A DNA stretch of 63,841 nucleotides, filler included, from Chiloscyllium plagiosum (taxonomy: Eukaryota), in assembly GCF_004010195.1 (NCBI RefSeq). It is 3 parts of one record of this genome, joined end to end, with 100 filler letters (N's around TTAATTAATTAA, not from the genome) between each part and the next. Parts side by side here need not be neighbours in the genome. Positions count along the whole stretch, not along the records: positions 1 to 31,419 come from NC_057712.1; 2 more parts are not named here. The stretch is one strand, 5' to 3'. Position 1 is the stretch's first letter. Every line of letters starts with the position of its first letter. A model generated the notes under the pieces. The model was not told the origin of the DNA, made no database searches, and saw nothing but the letters and a program-made list of their open reading frames with translations. A program made the translations under genes and the position numbers. Shown one piece after another: positions 1-12,434 of the stretch.

Positions 1-413
1 CTTATGCTGAAAGACTGAGGGGGGATCTGACTGAGACATGTAAGATTATTAAAGGATTGGACACTCTGGAGGCAGGAAACATGTTTCTGCTGATGGGTGA
101 GTGCCGAACCAGAGGACACAGCTTAAAAATACGGGGTAGACTATTTAGGACAGAGATGAGGAGAAACTTCTTGACCCAGAGAGTGGTGGCTGTGCGGAAT
201 TCTCTGCCTCAGAGGGCAGTGGAGGCCCAGTCTCTGGATTCATTTAAGAAAGAGTTAAATAGAGCTCTCAACGATAGTGGAATCAAGGGTTATTGAAATA
301 AGGCAGGAACAGCATACTGATTAAGGATGATCAGCCATGATCATATTGAATGGTGGTGCAGGCTCGAAGGGCAGAATGGCCTACTCCTGCACCTATGGTT
401 CTATTGTCTATTG
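1..413 (+). mobile_element. CR1 LINE 3' end
   Basis: ORF2 C-terminus TRGHSLKIRGRLFRTEMRRNFLTQRVV, then 3'UTR ggctcgaagggcagaatggcctactcctgcac and a ctattg repeat tail. Confidence 0.85.
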
Positions 414-551
414 CTCCTTCTTCAGATGAAGTGTCATTTATTCCAAAGGACAATGCGAGAATGACAAATTCCAAAGAGAACAAATTATTTTCTGTAAAAT
501 AACTATTTAGACATTTTCTAATTAACCTGTTACAGAAATGTTATTACACAA

Positions 552-731
552 GTCCAACGATGTGCAGGTCAGGTGATATTGGCCACACTAAATTTCCCAT
601 TGTGCTAGGTGCATTAGTCAGAGGGAAATGGGTCTGCGTGGGTTACTCTTCGGAGGGTTGGTGTGAACTGGTTGGGCCGAAGGGCCTGTATCCACACTGT
701 AGGGAATCTAATGGAATCTAATCTAATCTAA
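552..731 (+). mobile_element. 5'-truncated HE1-type SINE
   Basis: gatgtgcaggtcaggtg core, gggccgaagggcctgtatccacactgt and (aatct)n tail. Confidence 0.8.
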
Positions 732-1109
732 TGGAACCCCTGGAATAAATCAAATTTGAGTCCAGACCTCCTGTTTCAGAGCTAAGGACACTACCACAGT
801 ATATCGCAGCAATGGTTCAGACTGCATGATAAAAGAGTTTTAATTGTTTGTTAAGTCAAATCTGATTACTCAAGGCATTGCCATGGAAAATATGAGAGAA
901 ATATTGTTCCCCATGGGTTTTTTTTCTCAACTTGAACAAAATGATCTGGACAAGGTCCTGTTATATGCGGAGGACAGATCCCTGTTCATAGGTATCTGTG
1001 ACTGCTAGTAACTGCACATGGGATACACCACATAGCCATCTGATAATCTTTTATTTACTATTGGCAGGATTCCATATTTGAACGGTGGGATATTTAGGAA
1101 CATACGATT

Positions 1110-1296
1110 TAGAAGTTGCCAGAGTCTCATTAGAGACAGCTGACTGACAGTGAGTTTAATCTGATAGTCACTACACCTCAGGCAAATAGCAAGGTAGAGA
1201 AGGCAGGACCCCCATGGTAACTCCAGCCGGGAAGGTAATTAAACCTGCCTTGCAGGTATCTCCCTGCATTTTGAATTGGCCAACTGAGTTAACCAA
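1110..1296 (-). mobile_element. Degenerate tRNA-derived SINE (second family; also 42340-42700 + and 56910-57125 -)
   Basis: ccaactgagttaacc is the reverse of an A-box head (ggttaactcagttgg). The body cacctcaggc...catggtaactccagccgg recurs at 56990-57125. Confidence 0.6.
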
Positions 1297-1510
1297 CTTG
1301 ATGTAGCTTGCAGGGAATTATCTGCAACCAGAGGTGATGGCTGAACATATGAAGAATCTTCATTTTAAAATAGAGGGCAATGCAACAGAGGGAGACAAGG
1401 AAGAAGGTGATAGTGTGCCCAAAGCTGAGAAAGATCAGGGCAAGAGGGAGACAATGACCTAATGGTATTGTCACTAGACTAGAAATCCAACAATTAAACA
1501 CAAGGGAGGA

Positions 1511-2810
1511 GCAAATTACTGCAGGTGCTGAAATCTGTATTGAAAATGCTGGAGATCACAGAGGGTCAGGCAGCATCTGTGGACAGAGAGCAAGCTAATA
1601 TTTTGACTATAAAACCACTGACTCCAATAGCTACCTTCACTACAGCTCGTCACACCCCACAAGGATTCCCATCCTTTCTCCCAGTTCCTTCAAAATTTTG
1701 TCTCTGTTCGGATGATGCCAGCTTCCAAAACAGCGTTGCTAACATGGCTTCCTTCTTCCATAATCATGGTTTCCCGCCCACTGTGGTTGACAGGGCCTTT
1801 AGCCACATCCAACCTATCACTCGGGTTCTGCCCTTGCCCCTCCCATCACTCACAACAGTCTCCCTTGTCCTCACTTTTCATCTCACCAGCCACATCACAT
1901 TCAAAGGGCCATTCTCCAACATTTCAGACAACACCAGCAGAAAGGCACCACCAAACACATCTTCCCCTCACTCCCACTGTCTGCATTTCACAGGGATCGT
2001 TCCCTCTGGAACATCCTAGCCCATTCTTCAGCTACCAACACCACTTCCCTTTCCAGGACACCTTCCATTGTATCTGCAGAAGGTGCAATACCTGCCCCTT
2101 CCCCTCATTTCTGCTCACCATCCAAGGGCCTAAATACTCTTTCCAGGTGAAGCAACATTTCACCTGTACCTCCTCCAATCTTGTGTTTTGTATTTGCTGC
2201 AGCCAACGTGGCCTACTCTACGTTGAGAAACCACATGCATGCTGGGTGGCTGCTTTGCAGCATACCTCCAGTCCATGCGTGAGCATGATCCCGACCTTAC
2301 CGTAGCCAGTCAGTTTCACATGGCCACATGTCTGTCCTCAGCGTGCTGCAGTGTTCCAGTGAATCACAGCACGAAGTGGAGAACCACATCTCATCTTCAG
2401 ACCAGGCAACATACAACCTTCTGGGTTCAATATTGAATTCAACACCTTCTAATGGTCAACCCATTCCTTCCCTTTTAGCTTTACTTGTTATATTCTCTGT
2501 CACCATGTCCTCTGTCCCCTCTCCCCCACCCCAGTGGGACAGTCTGTCCTTTCCAGTCTGGCAGTTAGACAAACCATTGTACTGCCCTTCTCACATTCCG
2601 ATCACTTAATCTGAACTAGCAACATCCTTTCACCCCCAGCAACCCCACAGCCCTCCATCCCCACACCGCTCCCTCCCCCACTATCGCATAAATGCTGGCC
2701 CCAGCACACTTCACTTCAGAGTCATTCAGACACGAAATGTCACCTTGCTCTCTCTCCATGGATGCTGTCTAAGCCACTGTGATCTCCAGCATTTGTTGTT
2801 TTCAGTACAA
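1511..2810 (+). mobile_element. Penelope-like element (Neptune-like), frameshifted RT C-terminus plus GIY-YIG endonuclease, inverted terminal repeat at the 5' end; nested in a SINE (1457-1500 and 2815-3050)
   Basis: Translated pieces FHNHGFPPTVVDRA, CRRCNTCPF...FTCTSSNLVFCICCSQRGLLYV, DPDLTVASQFH. 1511-1600 is the reverse complement of the 2740-2810 terminal repeat. Confidence 0.85.
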
Positions 2811-3189
2811 ACCCAGCAACACAGGTAATGTTCTGCAGACCCATGTTCAAATCCTACTAACTCTTAAAACAAAACAAAATTAAGAGTTGAATGATGACCA
2901 CTGTCATGGAAAACCTACACTGGCTCACAGAATTTCCTTTAGAGAAGGAATCACTGCTCTTGTTTCCACATGACTTCAGACCCACAACAACACTGTTGAC
3001 TTGAAAATAAATTCTGCCCAGGCCAGTGATAGCCATATTCCGTGAATTCTGTTTTTTTACAAAAAAAGACAGTGATGATAATTTGTATTAAAAAAGAGAA
3101 AAGCAGTAAAGTTTATGTGGTGGGGAGAGAGGGATGGAGAGAAGTTGAATACTGAAAATAAGTGGATGCTGCATTTTTCGATTCATTAA

Positions 3190-3660
3190 GTCATTTGGAA
3201 ACAGACTCTTCAGACCAACTCACCATCCAGACAACCCATTCTGACCTAGTCCTTTTTGCCAACATTTGACCCATAAGCCCTTCCTATTCATATACCTAGC
3301 CAAATGCCTTTTAAGTGTGGTAATTGTACCAGCCTCTAGCACTTCCTCTGGCAGAAAGGAAAAAGTGAGGACTTCAGACACTGGCGATCAGAGTCAAAAC
3401 GTGTGGCACTGGAAAAACACAGCTGGTCAGGCAGCATCCGAGGAGCAGGAGAGTCAATGTTTCAGACATAACCCCTTCCTCTGGCAGCTCATTCCACACA
3501 CACATGAAGAAGATACCCATTAGGTACTTTCAAATCTTTCCCCTCTCACCTTAAACCTATGCCCTCTAGTTTTGGACTCCCTCATCCTGGAATTTGGCTA
3601 TTCACCCTACCCATGACTTACATGATGTTATAAATCTCTGTAAGGTCACCCCTCGGCCTC
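3190..3660 (-). mobile_element. HER1/CR1 LINE 3' end interrupted by a PLE terminal repeat (3360-3478)
   Basis: Reverse of TRGHRFKVRGERF coding (ccctctcaccttaaacctatgccctctagt); the insert has the gctggaaaaacacagc...gcagcatccgaggagcagg motif. Confidence 0.75.
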
Positions 3661-3759
3661 TGACAGCTCCTGTTGTCGGGGTCACTACAGTAGCTCTGCG
3701 TTTTGGCCAGAATCCTCTCACTGTCTGCCTCTGTTTCAGGTACCTCTACATGATCTACA

Positions 3760-5132
3760 ATGGAAAAGCTGCTCTGGAGCCTGCTGGTGATTGGAATGGC
3801 GATGGCAGTCTATGCTTGTCCCAAATACTGCGTGTGTCAAAACTTGTCAGAGTCGCTGGGCACTCTGTGTCCCTCCAAGGGTCTTCTGTTTGTCCCACCA
3901 AACATCGATCGGAGAACCGTTGAGCTCCGGCTGGGGGGCAACTTCATCTTTTCTGTGAGCCGGCAGGACTTTGCCAATATGAGTGGCCTTGTTGATCTGA
4001 CTTTGTCCCGGAATACCATCGACTACATCCAGCCCTATTCGTTCGTCGACCTGGAAAGCCTTCGATCCTTGCACCTGGACGCCAACAGGTTGACGGAGAT
4101 CGGAGGCAACGTGTTCCGGGGCCTGTTGAACTTGCAGCATTTGAGCTTGAACAACAACCAGCTCCACTGGGTGGCGGAGGGGGCGCTCGACGATTTCCTG
4201 ATGACGCTGGAGGACTTGGACTTCTCCTACAACAACCTGGTGAGGCTGCCCTGGGAAGCGCTGAGCAAGATGACCAACCTGCACACCCTCAGCCTGGACC
4301 ACAACCTGATTGACTACATCCCTGAGGGAACATTCACGGAGCTGCAGAAGCTGGCCCGGCTGGACCTCATCTCCAACAGGCTGCAGAAGCTCCACCCTGA
4401 CCCCATCTTTGCCAGGTCTGAGATGCTGCTCATGTCCACCACCCCCTACTTCCCACCACTGACCCTCACCCTGGGCGGGAACCCGCTCCATTGCAACTGC
4501 GAGCTGCTCTGGCTGCGGCGGCTGAGCCGGGAGGACGACATGGAGACCTGCGCCTCCCCGGCTCACCTCAAGGGGCGCTACTTCTGGTACATCTCGGAGG
4601 AGGAGTTTGTGTGCGAGCAGCCTCTCATCACCCAGCACAGCCTGAAGGTGCTGGTGCTGGAGGGGCAGACGGCCACACTGCGCTGCAAAGCTATCGGGGA
4701 CCCCAGGCCGGTCATCCACTGGGTGGCGCCGGATGACCGGATCCTCGCCAACTCCTCCAGGACCGTCATCTACGAGAACGGCACCCTGGACATCCTGATC
4801 ACCACCTCGCAGGACTACGGCACCTTCACCTGCATCGCGGCCAATGCGGCCGGAGAGGCCACTGCGTCGGTCGAGCTCTCCATCGTGCAGCTCCCTCACC
4901 TCAGCAACGGCACCGGGAGGAGCCTGCTGCCCGATTCCCGGCTCTCCGACATCACCGGCTCCACCAGGTCGCACCGGGGCGAGGGCAAGGCTGCGCCTGA
5001 GAAAAAGGTCACGGTGTCCCAGGTGACAGCCAGCACGGCACTGGTCAAGTGGTCAGTGGGCCACTCCGCACCCAAGGTCAAGATGTACCAGCTTCAGTAC
5101 AACAGCTCGTCCGACGAAGTGTTAGTCTACAG
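3760..5132 (+). CDS. LRFN2: First (large) coding exon of leucine-rich repeat and fibronectin type III domain-containing protein 2 (SALM1): signal peptide, LRRNT, LRRs, LRRCT, Ig domain, start of FN3. The TM/cytoplasmic exon is not in the window.
   Basis: [50 protein letters not shown]...[17 protein letters not shown]...[11 protein letters not shown]...[12 protein letters not shown]...VLVYR. The [23 protein letters not shown]-cap is the LRFN2 form as I recall it. Acceptor ctgtttcAG at 3738-3739, strong Kozak ACAATGG, phase-2 donor AG|GTAAGC at 5132/5133, the LRFN-family intron position after YR. Confidence 0.93.
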
Positions 5133-5214
5133 GTAAGCAAGTGGCAAACATTCAGACCATAACCAGTGTTAGGGCACCAAAATGGATGCTGGATCAGTGC
5201 AAGAAAGAGAAAAA

Positions 5215-5420
5215 AATTAATATAATTTAAATCAACTTAATTAATGTTAAATTTAATTTAGATCAATTTTATAATTTGTTTTAAAGTTAATTTCATCAAT
5301 TTTATAAGTTAATTTTAAATTTGATTTCATCGATTCAGATTATTTTCATAAAACTAATTTCAATTTTGATTTAATTTCGATGAATTTCGATGATTTATTT
5401 TCGATGAATTTCGATGTTTT
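5215..5420. repeat. AT-rich low-complexity tract with short aatttcgatg-like repeats
   Basis: Visible composition; ttcgatg recurs at 5375-5417. Confidence 0.7.
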
Positions 5421-5424
5421 CCAG

Positions 5425-5560
5425 AACAAATTCAAGTTCTGGAATAGGGTCTCTGGATCCGAACCATTAACTCTGTTTCTCTCTCCACAGATGCTGCCAG
5501 ACCTGCTGAGTCTCCAGCATTCTCGGCTTTTGTTTCGGATTTCTAGCATTTCTGTGGGGT
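5425..5560 (+). mobile_element. Degenerate PLE terminal repeat
   Basis: Decayed hammerhead-like ctggaatagggtctctggatccgaacc followed by ctctctccacagatgctgccagacctgctgag. Confidence 0.65.
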
Positions 5561-5793
5561 TTTATTTCAAAGTAATAGATCGCACTGACTTGCTTAGTTT
5601 TATTAAAGTAGGTACACCATAAGTGCTGGCATGGGTCGTTCAGGTGTATCTCTGTGTCTATTAAACACTCGAAAACACTAACATCCCAAGCTACAGGCCA
5701 AATGCTGGCTAATGACATTGAAACAGATGGGTGTTTGATGGCTGGCATGTACAAGATGGGCTGAAGGACCCCTTTCTGTAGACGTTCTCTGCA

Positions 5794-6113
5794 GGGTGGC
5801 ACAGTGGCTCAGTGGCTAGCACTGCTGCCTCACAGTGCCAGGGACCCAGGTTCAATTCCAGACTAGGGGGACTGTCAGTGTGGAGTTTGCATGCTCTCTC
5901 CATGTCTGCGTGGGTTTCTTCCGGGTGCTCCGATTTCCTCTCACAGTCTAAAGATGTGCAGGTTAGGTGGATTGACCATGCTAAATTTTCCATTGTGTTC
6001 AGGGATATGTAGTCTCGGTGGATTAATCAGGGGAAACGTAGAGTAATATGGTAGGGGAATGGGTCTGAGTGGGATACTCAATGGCCTTTCTCTGCACTGT
6101 AGGGGTTCTATGA
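5794..6113 (+). mobile_element. HE1-type tRNA-derived SINE
   Basis: A box tggctcagtgg, B box ggttcaattcc, ggagtttgca...gatgtgcaggttagg core, LINE-like tail. Confidence 0.9.
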
Positions 6114-7243
6114 TTTTAAATCAATACCAATAACAACAGTTCATTTGCTTAGCGCCTCTAGCATTCACAAAACATTGCAGGAGATTTACAGAGCAAAATA
6201 CACTGCCTATCCCCTTTAAGGAGCTATTACGTCAAATAACCTCAACAATTTGGTGTTTTAAAAGAGGAAAGTGAGTTAGAGTGGAATGGAGTGGGAAGTG
6301 CAGAGCTTGTCACCTTGGCAACTGAAGGCCCGGCTGCTGAAGGTGAAGCAATTAAAACTGGAGTGCTGAGGAAGTCGGAATTAGAGAATGCACAGGGCTG
6401 TGAGGATGGAGGAGGTTACAGAGACAGGAAAAGTTTGAGGCTGTGGAGGGATTTGAGAACTAGGAGGAGAATTTTAAAATCAAGACTTTTTTTTAAGCAG
6501 GAATCAGAGTGCATCAGGAAGCATAGGGCTGGGGGAGGAATGGGCCTCGGTGTGACTTATGATAAGGACAGCAGAGTTTTTAATGACCTCCAAACTGAAG
6601 AACTTTTTTGTGCTAAGCCAAACATTGTAGCCAATGCATCTTTGACTGCTGGTAAACTGATAAACAAAAAAATTCCACCATCTATATTTGAAAGGTTTGG
6701 CACAGGGACATGAATTTACCTTGATATTTCTTGACTTTCCCCAAGTTCTGGCTAATTGCTCCAAGAAATTACTGCATGTGAAGCATAGTGCATGTACGTT
6801 TTGACTTATTTGGATTCTGTTATGTCTGTTCGCTGGGTGTACCGACTCAGTGTATTATATTCCAGGTCAGGAGGGATGACTCTTGGTTGGGGTTAATTCA
6901 TAAAGAAAACCTTCCATCGTGCAAACCTTTTCCCAGCCCAAGTGCTTCGTTTATGTTTTAAAATGAGCCAATTTAACCTGGCATTGTTGTTTTCAAGAAA
7001 GAGTGATTTTATTAGCTAGTAATAATGAGAAAAGATAATGAAATGAGACCTGCACGCACACAGATTAGAAATAAGGGGCGATTCCAAAACGTAGAAGCAA
7101 TAAAAGAATGTGGGAACCGGTCTTTGGCCTATTCTTGGCGAATAGCTCATGAAACCTTAAGGATGTTAGGGTGACAAGGCAAGGGCTTAAAAATGTGTTG
7201 CTGGAAAAGCGCAGCAGGACAGGCAGCATCAAAGGAACAGGAG

Positions 7244-7277
7244 AATCGACGTTTCGGGCATAAGCCCTTCTTCAGGA
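7244..7277 (-). ncRNA. Minimal hammerhead ribozyme motif in a PLE terminal repeat (7190-7277)
   Basis: Reverse strand reads CUGAAGA-A-GGGC-UUAU-GCCC-GAAA-CGUC-GAUUC. Confidence 0.75.
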
Positions 7278-7349
7278 CTAAGGCAAGGGCTGACTTCAGC
7301 AGTTGACTAGTTATCTGGCGAGGCCAGAGTCTGTAGCTTGATATAAACA

Positions 7350-7990
7350 CAGAAAACAGGAGCTGGAGGAGGCAATTCAATCCTTTGAACCTGCTCTGCC
7401 ATTCCATATAATCATCGCTGATCATCCGCCAGCCCAATACCCTGTTCCCACTTTCTCCCTCAGATCCCTTTAGACCGAAGAACTATATTTAGCTCCTCAT
7501 TGTAAATGTTCAATGCTTTGGCTCCAATGTTTCTGCAGAAGAGAATTCCACAGGCTCTGGGTGATAAAATGTGTCCACATTTCACTCTTTAATGGCCTAC
7601 CCCATTTCCTTACACTGTGATACCCGGTTGGAGATTCCCCAGTCATCCTGTATTCACCCTGGGCGAAAGTGAGGACTGCAGTGAGGATCAGAGTCTGGTT
7701 TAGAGTGGTGCTGGAAAAGCACAGCAGGTCAGGCAGCAACCGAGGAGCAGGAGAGTCGACGTGTCGGGCAAAAGCCTGATGAAGGGCTTTTCCCGAAACG
7801 TCAATTTTCCTGCTCCTCGGATGCTGCCTGACCTGCTGTGCTTTTCCAGCACCACTCTAATCTAGACTCTACATTTACCCTGTCTAGCCCTGTTAGAATT
7901 TTATAGATTCCTAAATGATATGATTTCTAAACTCCCGTGAATACAGTCCTAACCAATCTGGCCTCTCTTCATACGTCAATCCTGCAATCT
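7350..7990 (-). mobile_element. CR1 LINE 3' fragment with an inverted PLE repeat pair inserted at 7663-7870
   Basis: Reverse CR1 3'UTR and C-terminal coding (WNSLLQK). The insert is flanked by tattcaccctg / catttaccctg. Confidence 0.7.
7776..7802 (+). ncRNA. Minimal hammerhead ribozyme motif
   Basis: CUGAUGA-A-GGG-CUUUU-CCC-GAAA-CGUC. Confidence 0.7.
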
Positions 7991-8334
7991 CAGGAAAAGA
8001 ATTTAGCTGAAAAGTGTTTGTCTGACTTCTTTCAACAGTGATATTGTGGTTTGGCATCTTTTCAACAATCAGAGAGACACTTTAATTCTTTTTACGCAAA
8101 CGTACAAGGGTGTCAAGTGGGAGTAAGTACAGTGTAACTCAAAACACATGGCAGCATACTAGTATGATTTCACACTCCAGCATGCTAGCACCCCTCAGAC
8201 CACAGGTTGCATTTGGTTTATAACTCTCTTTGTTATGTATTTCTGGAAGGGTTAAACAGGAACATGTCTTTGGCTCGGACAATCTTTCTTTCAACTATCA
8301 TCATGTCCACATTGGGGCACAACCCACAGGAGGT

Positions 8335-8780
8335 CATAGAGTCATTGGGATGTACAGCACGGAAACAGACCCTTCGGTCCAACTTGCCCATGCTGACCAG
8401 ATATCCTAAACTAACCTAGTCCTATAGGCCAGCACTTGGTCCATATCTCTCTAAACCCTTTCTGTTCATATACCAATCCAGATACCTTTTAAGTGTTGTA
8501 ATTGTACCAGCCTCGACCACTTCCTGTGGCAGCTCATTCCATACACGTCACCCTCTGCATGAAAACGTTGCCCATTAGTTCTCTTTTAAATCTTTTTCCT
8601 CTCATCCTAAACCTATGCCCTCTAGTTCTGGCCATCCCCAACCCAGGGAAAAGACTTTGTCTATTTACCCTACCTCATGATTTTATAAATCTTTATAAGG
8701 TCACCCCTCAGTCTCCGACATTCCAGGGAAAACAGTCCCAGTCTATTCAGCCTCTCCTGAAAGCTCAAACCCTCCGACCC
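8335..8780 (-). mobile_element. HER1/CR1 LINE 3' end
   Basis: tcatagagtca tail and gaaacagacccttcggtccaac 3'UTR, reverse ORF2 C-terminus. Confidence 0.85.
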
Positions 8781-8879
8781 TGGCACAGTTTTTTGAATGG
8801 CATCTCTCAATTTGAAGTGTTGCTATCGGAAGTTCCCCTGTGGTACACTTCAGGTATGACATTCCATAGTACCATAAAA

Positions 8880-9770
8880 ATAGGAACAAGAATAGGCTAT
8901 TCAGCCCCTTGGGTATGCCTGCCCATTCAATAGGCTTATGGCTAAACTGACATTCCTCACATCCACTTCTTTGTTATCTCCTCAAAACCTTTGATTCCCC
9001 GATTGATCAAGAATCTATCTGTCTCAGCCTTCAATGTACACAAGGAGTCTATCCCTCCAGCTCTCTGTGGCAAGGGATTCCAAAGACTCGCAATCCTTAT
9101 AGAGATGAAATTCCTCCTCACCTCAGTCTTAAATGGTCTTTATTCTGAGATTGTGTCCTCAGGTCCTAGACTATTCCATGAGGGCAAGCATCCTCTCAGC
9201 ATTTAGCCTGTCAAGCCCCTTAAGAATCTTATATATTTCATTGAGATCACCTCTCATTCTTCACAACTCCAGTGAGTAGAGTCCCAACCTTTGCTCATAA
9301 GTCAATCTGTCCATACATGAAATCATCCTAGTGAACCTTCTGTCAACTACATGCAATGAAATGATATCTTTTCTTAAATAATGGAATCAAACAGTTCACA
9401 ATATTCTAGATGTGGTCTCACCAGCACCTTGTGGTGTTGCAGTAAGACTTCCTTACTCTTATTCTCCAACTCCCTTGAAATAAAGGCCAACATTCCTTTA
9501 ACCTTCTTGATTACCTGCTGCAATAGTTTCCTGTGTTTTGTGGACAAGTGCCAGCAAGTCTTTTGTGTTAATCTGACTGCAGCTTTTCTCCATTTAAATA
9601 ATACTCTGTTCTTTTGTTCTCCATTCTGAAAAAAATGACTTCACATTTTCCCACATTATCCTCCATTTGCCAACTTATCAACCATTTCCTTAGCTTATCA
9701 ATGTCTCTCTGTAAACTATTTCTGTCCCTCTTGTAATCTGCCTTTCCACCTATTTTTGTGTAACCTAAGT
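8880..9770 (-). mobile_element. CR1 LINE fragment (RT C-terminal half and 3'UTR)
   Basis: Reverse ORF KIGGKAD...SLQRDIDKL..W...WQME.NVGKCEVI. Confidence 0.85.
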
Positions 9771-10092
9771 TAAGGGGCATTTAAGGAATGTGGTCAGAGG
9801 TTTGGAGCGGATGTCAAGAATTGTTTTTTCACCCAGAGTGTGGTGGGAATCTGATAGAGACAGAAACCCTCATAATATTGAAGATGTACATTTGTGAAGC
9901 TAATGCATACCAGGCTATGGGCCAAGTTCTGGAAAATGGGATTAGATTAGTTAGGTAGTTGTTTTTGACTGCCGCAGACTTGATGGGCCGAATGGCATTT
10001 TGTCTGTGATATAGACCTAGATGACTCTATTTTGGAGAGAAACATGGGACAGTAGGAACAGAAAAAATTGTTAGAGACCTGACAGCGTTAGG

Positions 10093-10272
10093 AGAAAGTG
10101 AGGACTGCAGATGCTGGAGATCAGAGCTGAAAATGTGTTGCTGGAAAAGCGCAGCAGGCCAGGCAGCATCCAAGGAGCAGGAGAATCGCCATTTCGGGCA
10201 TGATTCCTGAAGAAGGGCTCATGCCCGAAATGTCGATTCTCCTGCTCCTTGGATGCTGCCTGACCTGCTGCA
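10093..10272. mobile_element. Inverted pair of PLE terminal repeats with a + strand hammerhead-like motif at 10207-10234
   Basis: Arms are reverse complements of each other; CUGAAGA-A-GGGC-UCAU-GCCC-GAAA-UGUC. Confidence 0.75.
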
Positions 10273-10600
10273 CTTGACTGTGTTAGCAGATTCCGAAGTG
10301 GACCAATTACAATCATTACAGAGCAGCAGCTGCAAACACATTAAAATGTATGTTGATGTATATATAGATTGCTAAAGTACAACTCTGACGCCAGCACCCT
10401 GAATCTGCGTAGCATTCTGGTGTGACCACTCCTGACAACTGAATTCATTTGTAACACTCAAGGACTAACAGAAACTGACAAGTCCTGACAGAATGTCAGA
10501 GGACTGAATTATAAGATCAATTACATAATATTGTGTAAAGGGCAGCGTTAAGTGCACTCTACCTGACTGCATATAGCATTCACAACAAGGTGGATGACTT

Positions 10601-10945
10601 AGAATCATAGAATCCCCACAGCATGGAAGCAAGCCATTAGGCCCATTGAGGCCACACCATCTGTCCAAAGAGCATGCCTCCCTGAACCAGCCCACACCCT
10701 ACCCCTGTAACCCTGCATTTCCCATGTCTGACCCACTGAGCCTGCACATCTCTGGACACTATGGAGCAATTTAGCGTGGCCGATCCACCTCACCTGCACA
10801 TGTTTGGACTGTGAAAGAAAACAGGAGCACCCAGAGGAAACCCACGCAGACACGGAGAGAATGTGCAAACTCTATACACACAGTCGCCCGAGGGGATAAT
10901 CAAACCCAGGTCGCTGGCGCTGTGAGGCAGCAGTGCTAGCCACTG
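10601..10945 (-). mobile_element. HE1-type SINE
   Basis: Reverse head gaggcagcagtgctagccactg and agaatcatagaatc tail. Confidence 0.9.
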
Positions 10946-10999
10946 CTGGAACAAACAACAGTCTGAAGGTTTTCCTAGGCCAGGTTGATGTTGATGGAT

Positions 11000-11660
11000 G
11001 TGAACAGGAAATGACTGCTAGTCTACTCAGACCTCTTGGCATCATGGTAGCCCACAAACCCACCAAGTCCCTAAAATAGCAGCTAACGAACTTGAAAGAC
11101 CCTATACAGACAACAAGCAAACTAATGTCATCTACAAGATAACTCACAAAAACTGTAACAAACACTACATTGGACAAAAAGGCAGAAAACTAGCCACCAG
11201 GATATATGAACATCAACTAGCCACAAAATGTCATGACCCACTCTCACTAGTATTCTTACATAAGGATGAGAAAGGACATCACTTCGACTGGGACAACACA
11301 TCCATCCTAGGACAAGCCAAACAGAGACACGCACGAGAATTCCTAGAAGCATGGCATTCCAACCGGAACTCTATCAACAAGCACATTGACTTGGATCCCA
11401 TTCACCACCCCCTGAGAAAAAGAACAGGACATGACATCACCATAGGAAATGATATCACCACAGGAAATGACATCACCAATCCAAGGAAACACAAACATAT
11501 AAGTAGAAAGTGGTCTACACCACCAGTGCTTCATTCGGAGGCTCACTGAAGATGTTACCTAATATGGAGATGAAACATCTGAAAACGAACCTTCCAGTTC
11601 AGCGAGCAAACCTACATCCAGGACCTCAACCTGAGCTACAAATCATCTCAAAACTCATTA
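11000..11660 (+). mobile_element. Penelope-like element (Poseidon-like) 3' part: GIY-YIG endonuclease and terminal repeat with hammerhead-like motif at 11543-11582
   Basis: Translation NVIYKITHKNCNKHYIGQKGRKLATRIYEHQLATK.HDPLSLV..H....GHHFDWDNTSILGQAKQRHAREFLEAWHS..NSINKHIDLDP. Motif UCA-CUGAAGA-U-GUUACC...GGAGAU-GAAA-CAUC-UGA. Confidence 0.88.
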
Positions 11661-12141
11661 ATGGAGCATGTAGCAAGAGTAATACAGGACTCATTGGCAA
11701 CTTCAATCTACATGTAGACTGGATAAACATAATCAATGCCTTGGAGGATGAACTCCCAGAATATATTTGAAATGCTTTGCTAGAACAGTATGTTGAGGAA
11801 CAACCTCAGGAACAAGCTATTTTAGATCTCTGAACTATGCAGTGAGAAAGGGATAATTAATAATCCTGTTGTTAAAGAACCTTTACGGAAGTGCGACTGT
11901 AACATGTTAGAATTTTCCATTTGAAAACAGCACAGTTCAAAACATCCTAAATCTAACCAAAGGAAAGTCTTTGGTTTCAGAGCCAAGATGACTGTGGTTC
12001 ATTGGATAAATACATTAAAGGGTGTGATAGTAAGAAATGAGTATAAAGGACCTTAATTTAATTTGTTGTTGAGATATGAACATCACAATCACATCATCAT
12101 TGATTGCCCTTTAACTAATAATCCTGGAGAAGGTGGTGGTA

Positions 12142-12434
12142 AGATTAGGTTCCCTACAGCGAGGAAACAGGCCCTTCAGCCCAACAAGTCCACACCGACC
12201 CTCCAAGGAGTAATCCACCCAGACCCATTTCCCTCTGACTAATGCACCTAACACTATGGGTAATTTAGCATGGCCAATTCACTTGACCTGCACATCTTTG
12301 GATTGCGGGAGGAAATGGAGCAAACCCGCGCAGACACGGGGAGTACGTGCAAACTCCACACAGTCACCAGAGTCTGGAATCGAACCTGGGTCCTGGAGCT
12401 GTGAGGCAGCTGTGCTAACCACTGAGCCACCGTG
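12142..12434 (-). mobile_element. HE1-type SINE
   Basis: Reverse head gctaaccactgagccaccgtg, B box, tail gattaggttccctacag. Confidence 0.9.

Noticed and set aside
3847..4974. 375-aa antisense ORF over the LRFN2 exon
   Set aside because: Shadow ORF expected from high GC3 codon usage on the sense strand; no recognisable domain.
5467..5500. ctctctccacAG|atgctgcca as the acceptor of the next LRFN2 exon (R-MIP-like)
   Set aside because: It is part of a multi-copy PLE terminal repeat, the phase does not match the phase-2 donor, and no FN3/TM sequence follows.
5794..5870. tRNA genes at A box/B box motifs
   Set aside because: Each continues into the SINE core and LINE-like tail, and no complete cloverleaf or terminator is present.
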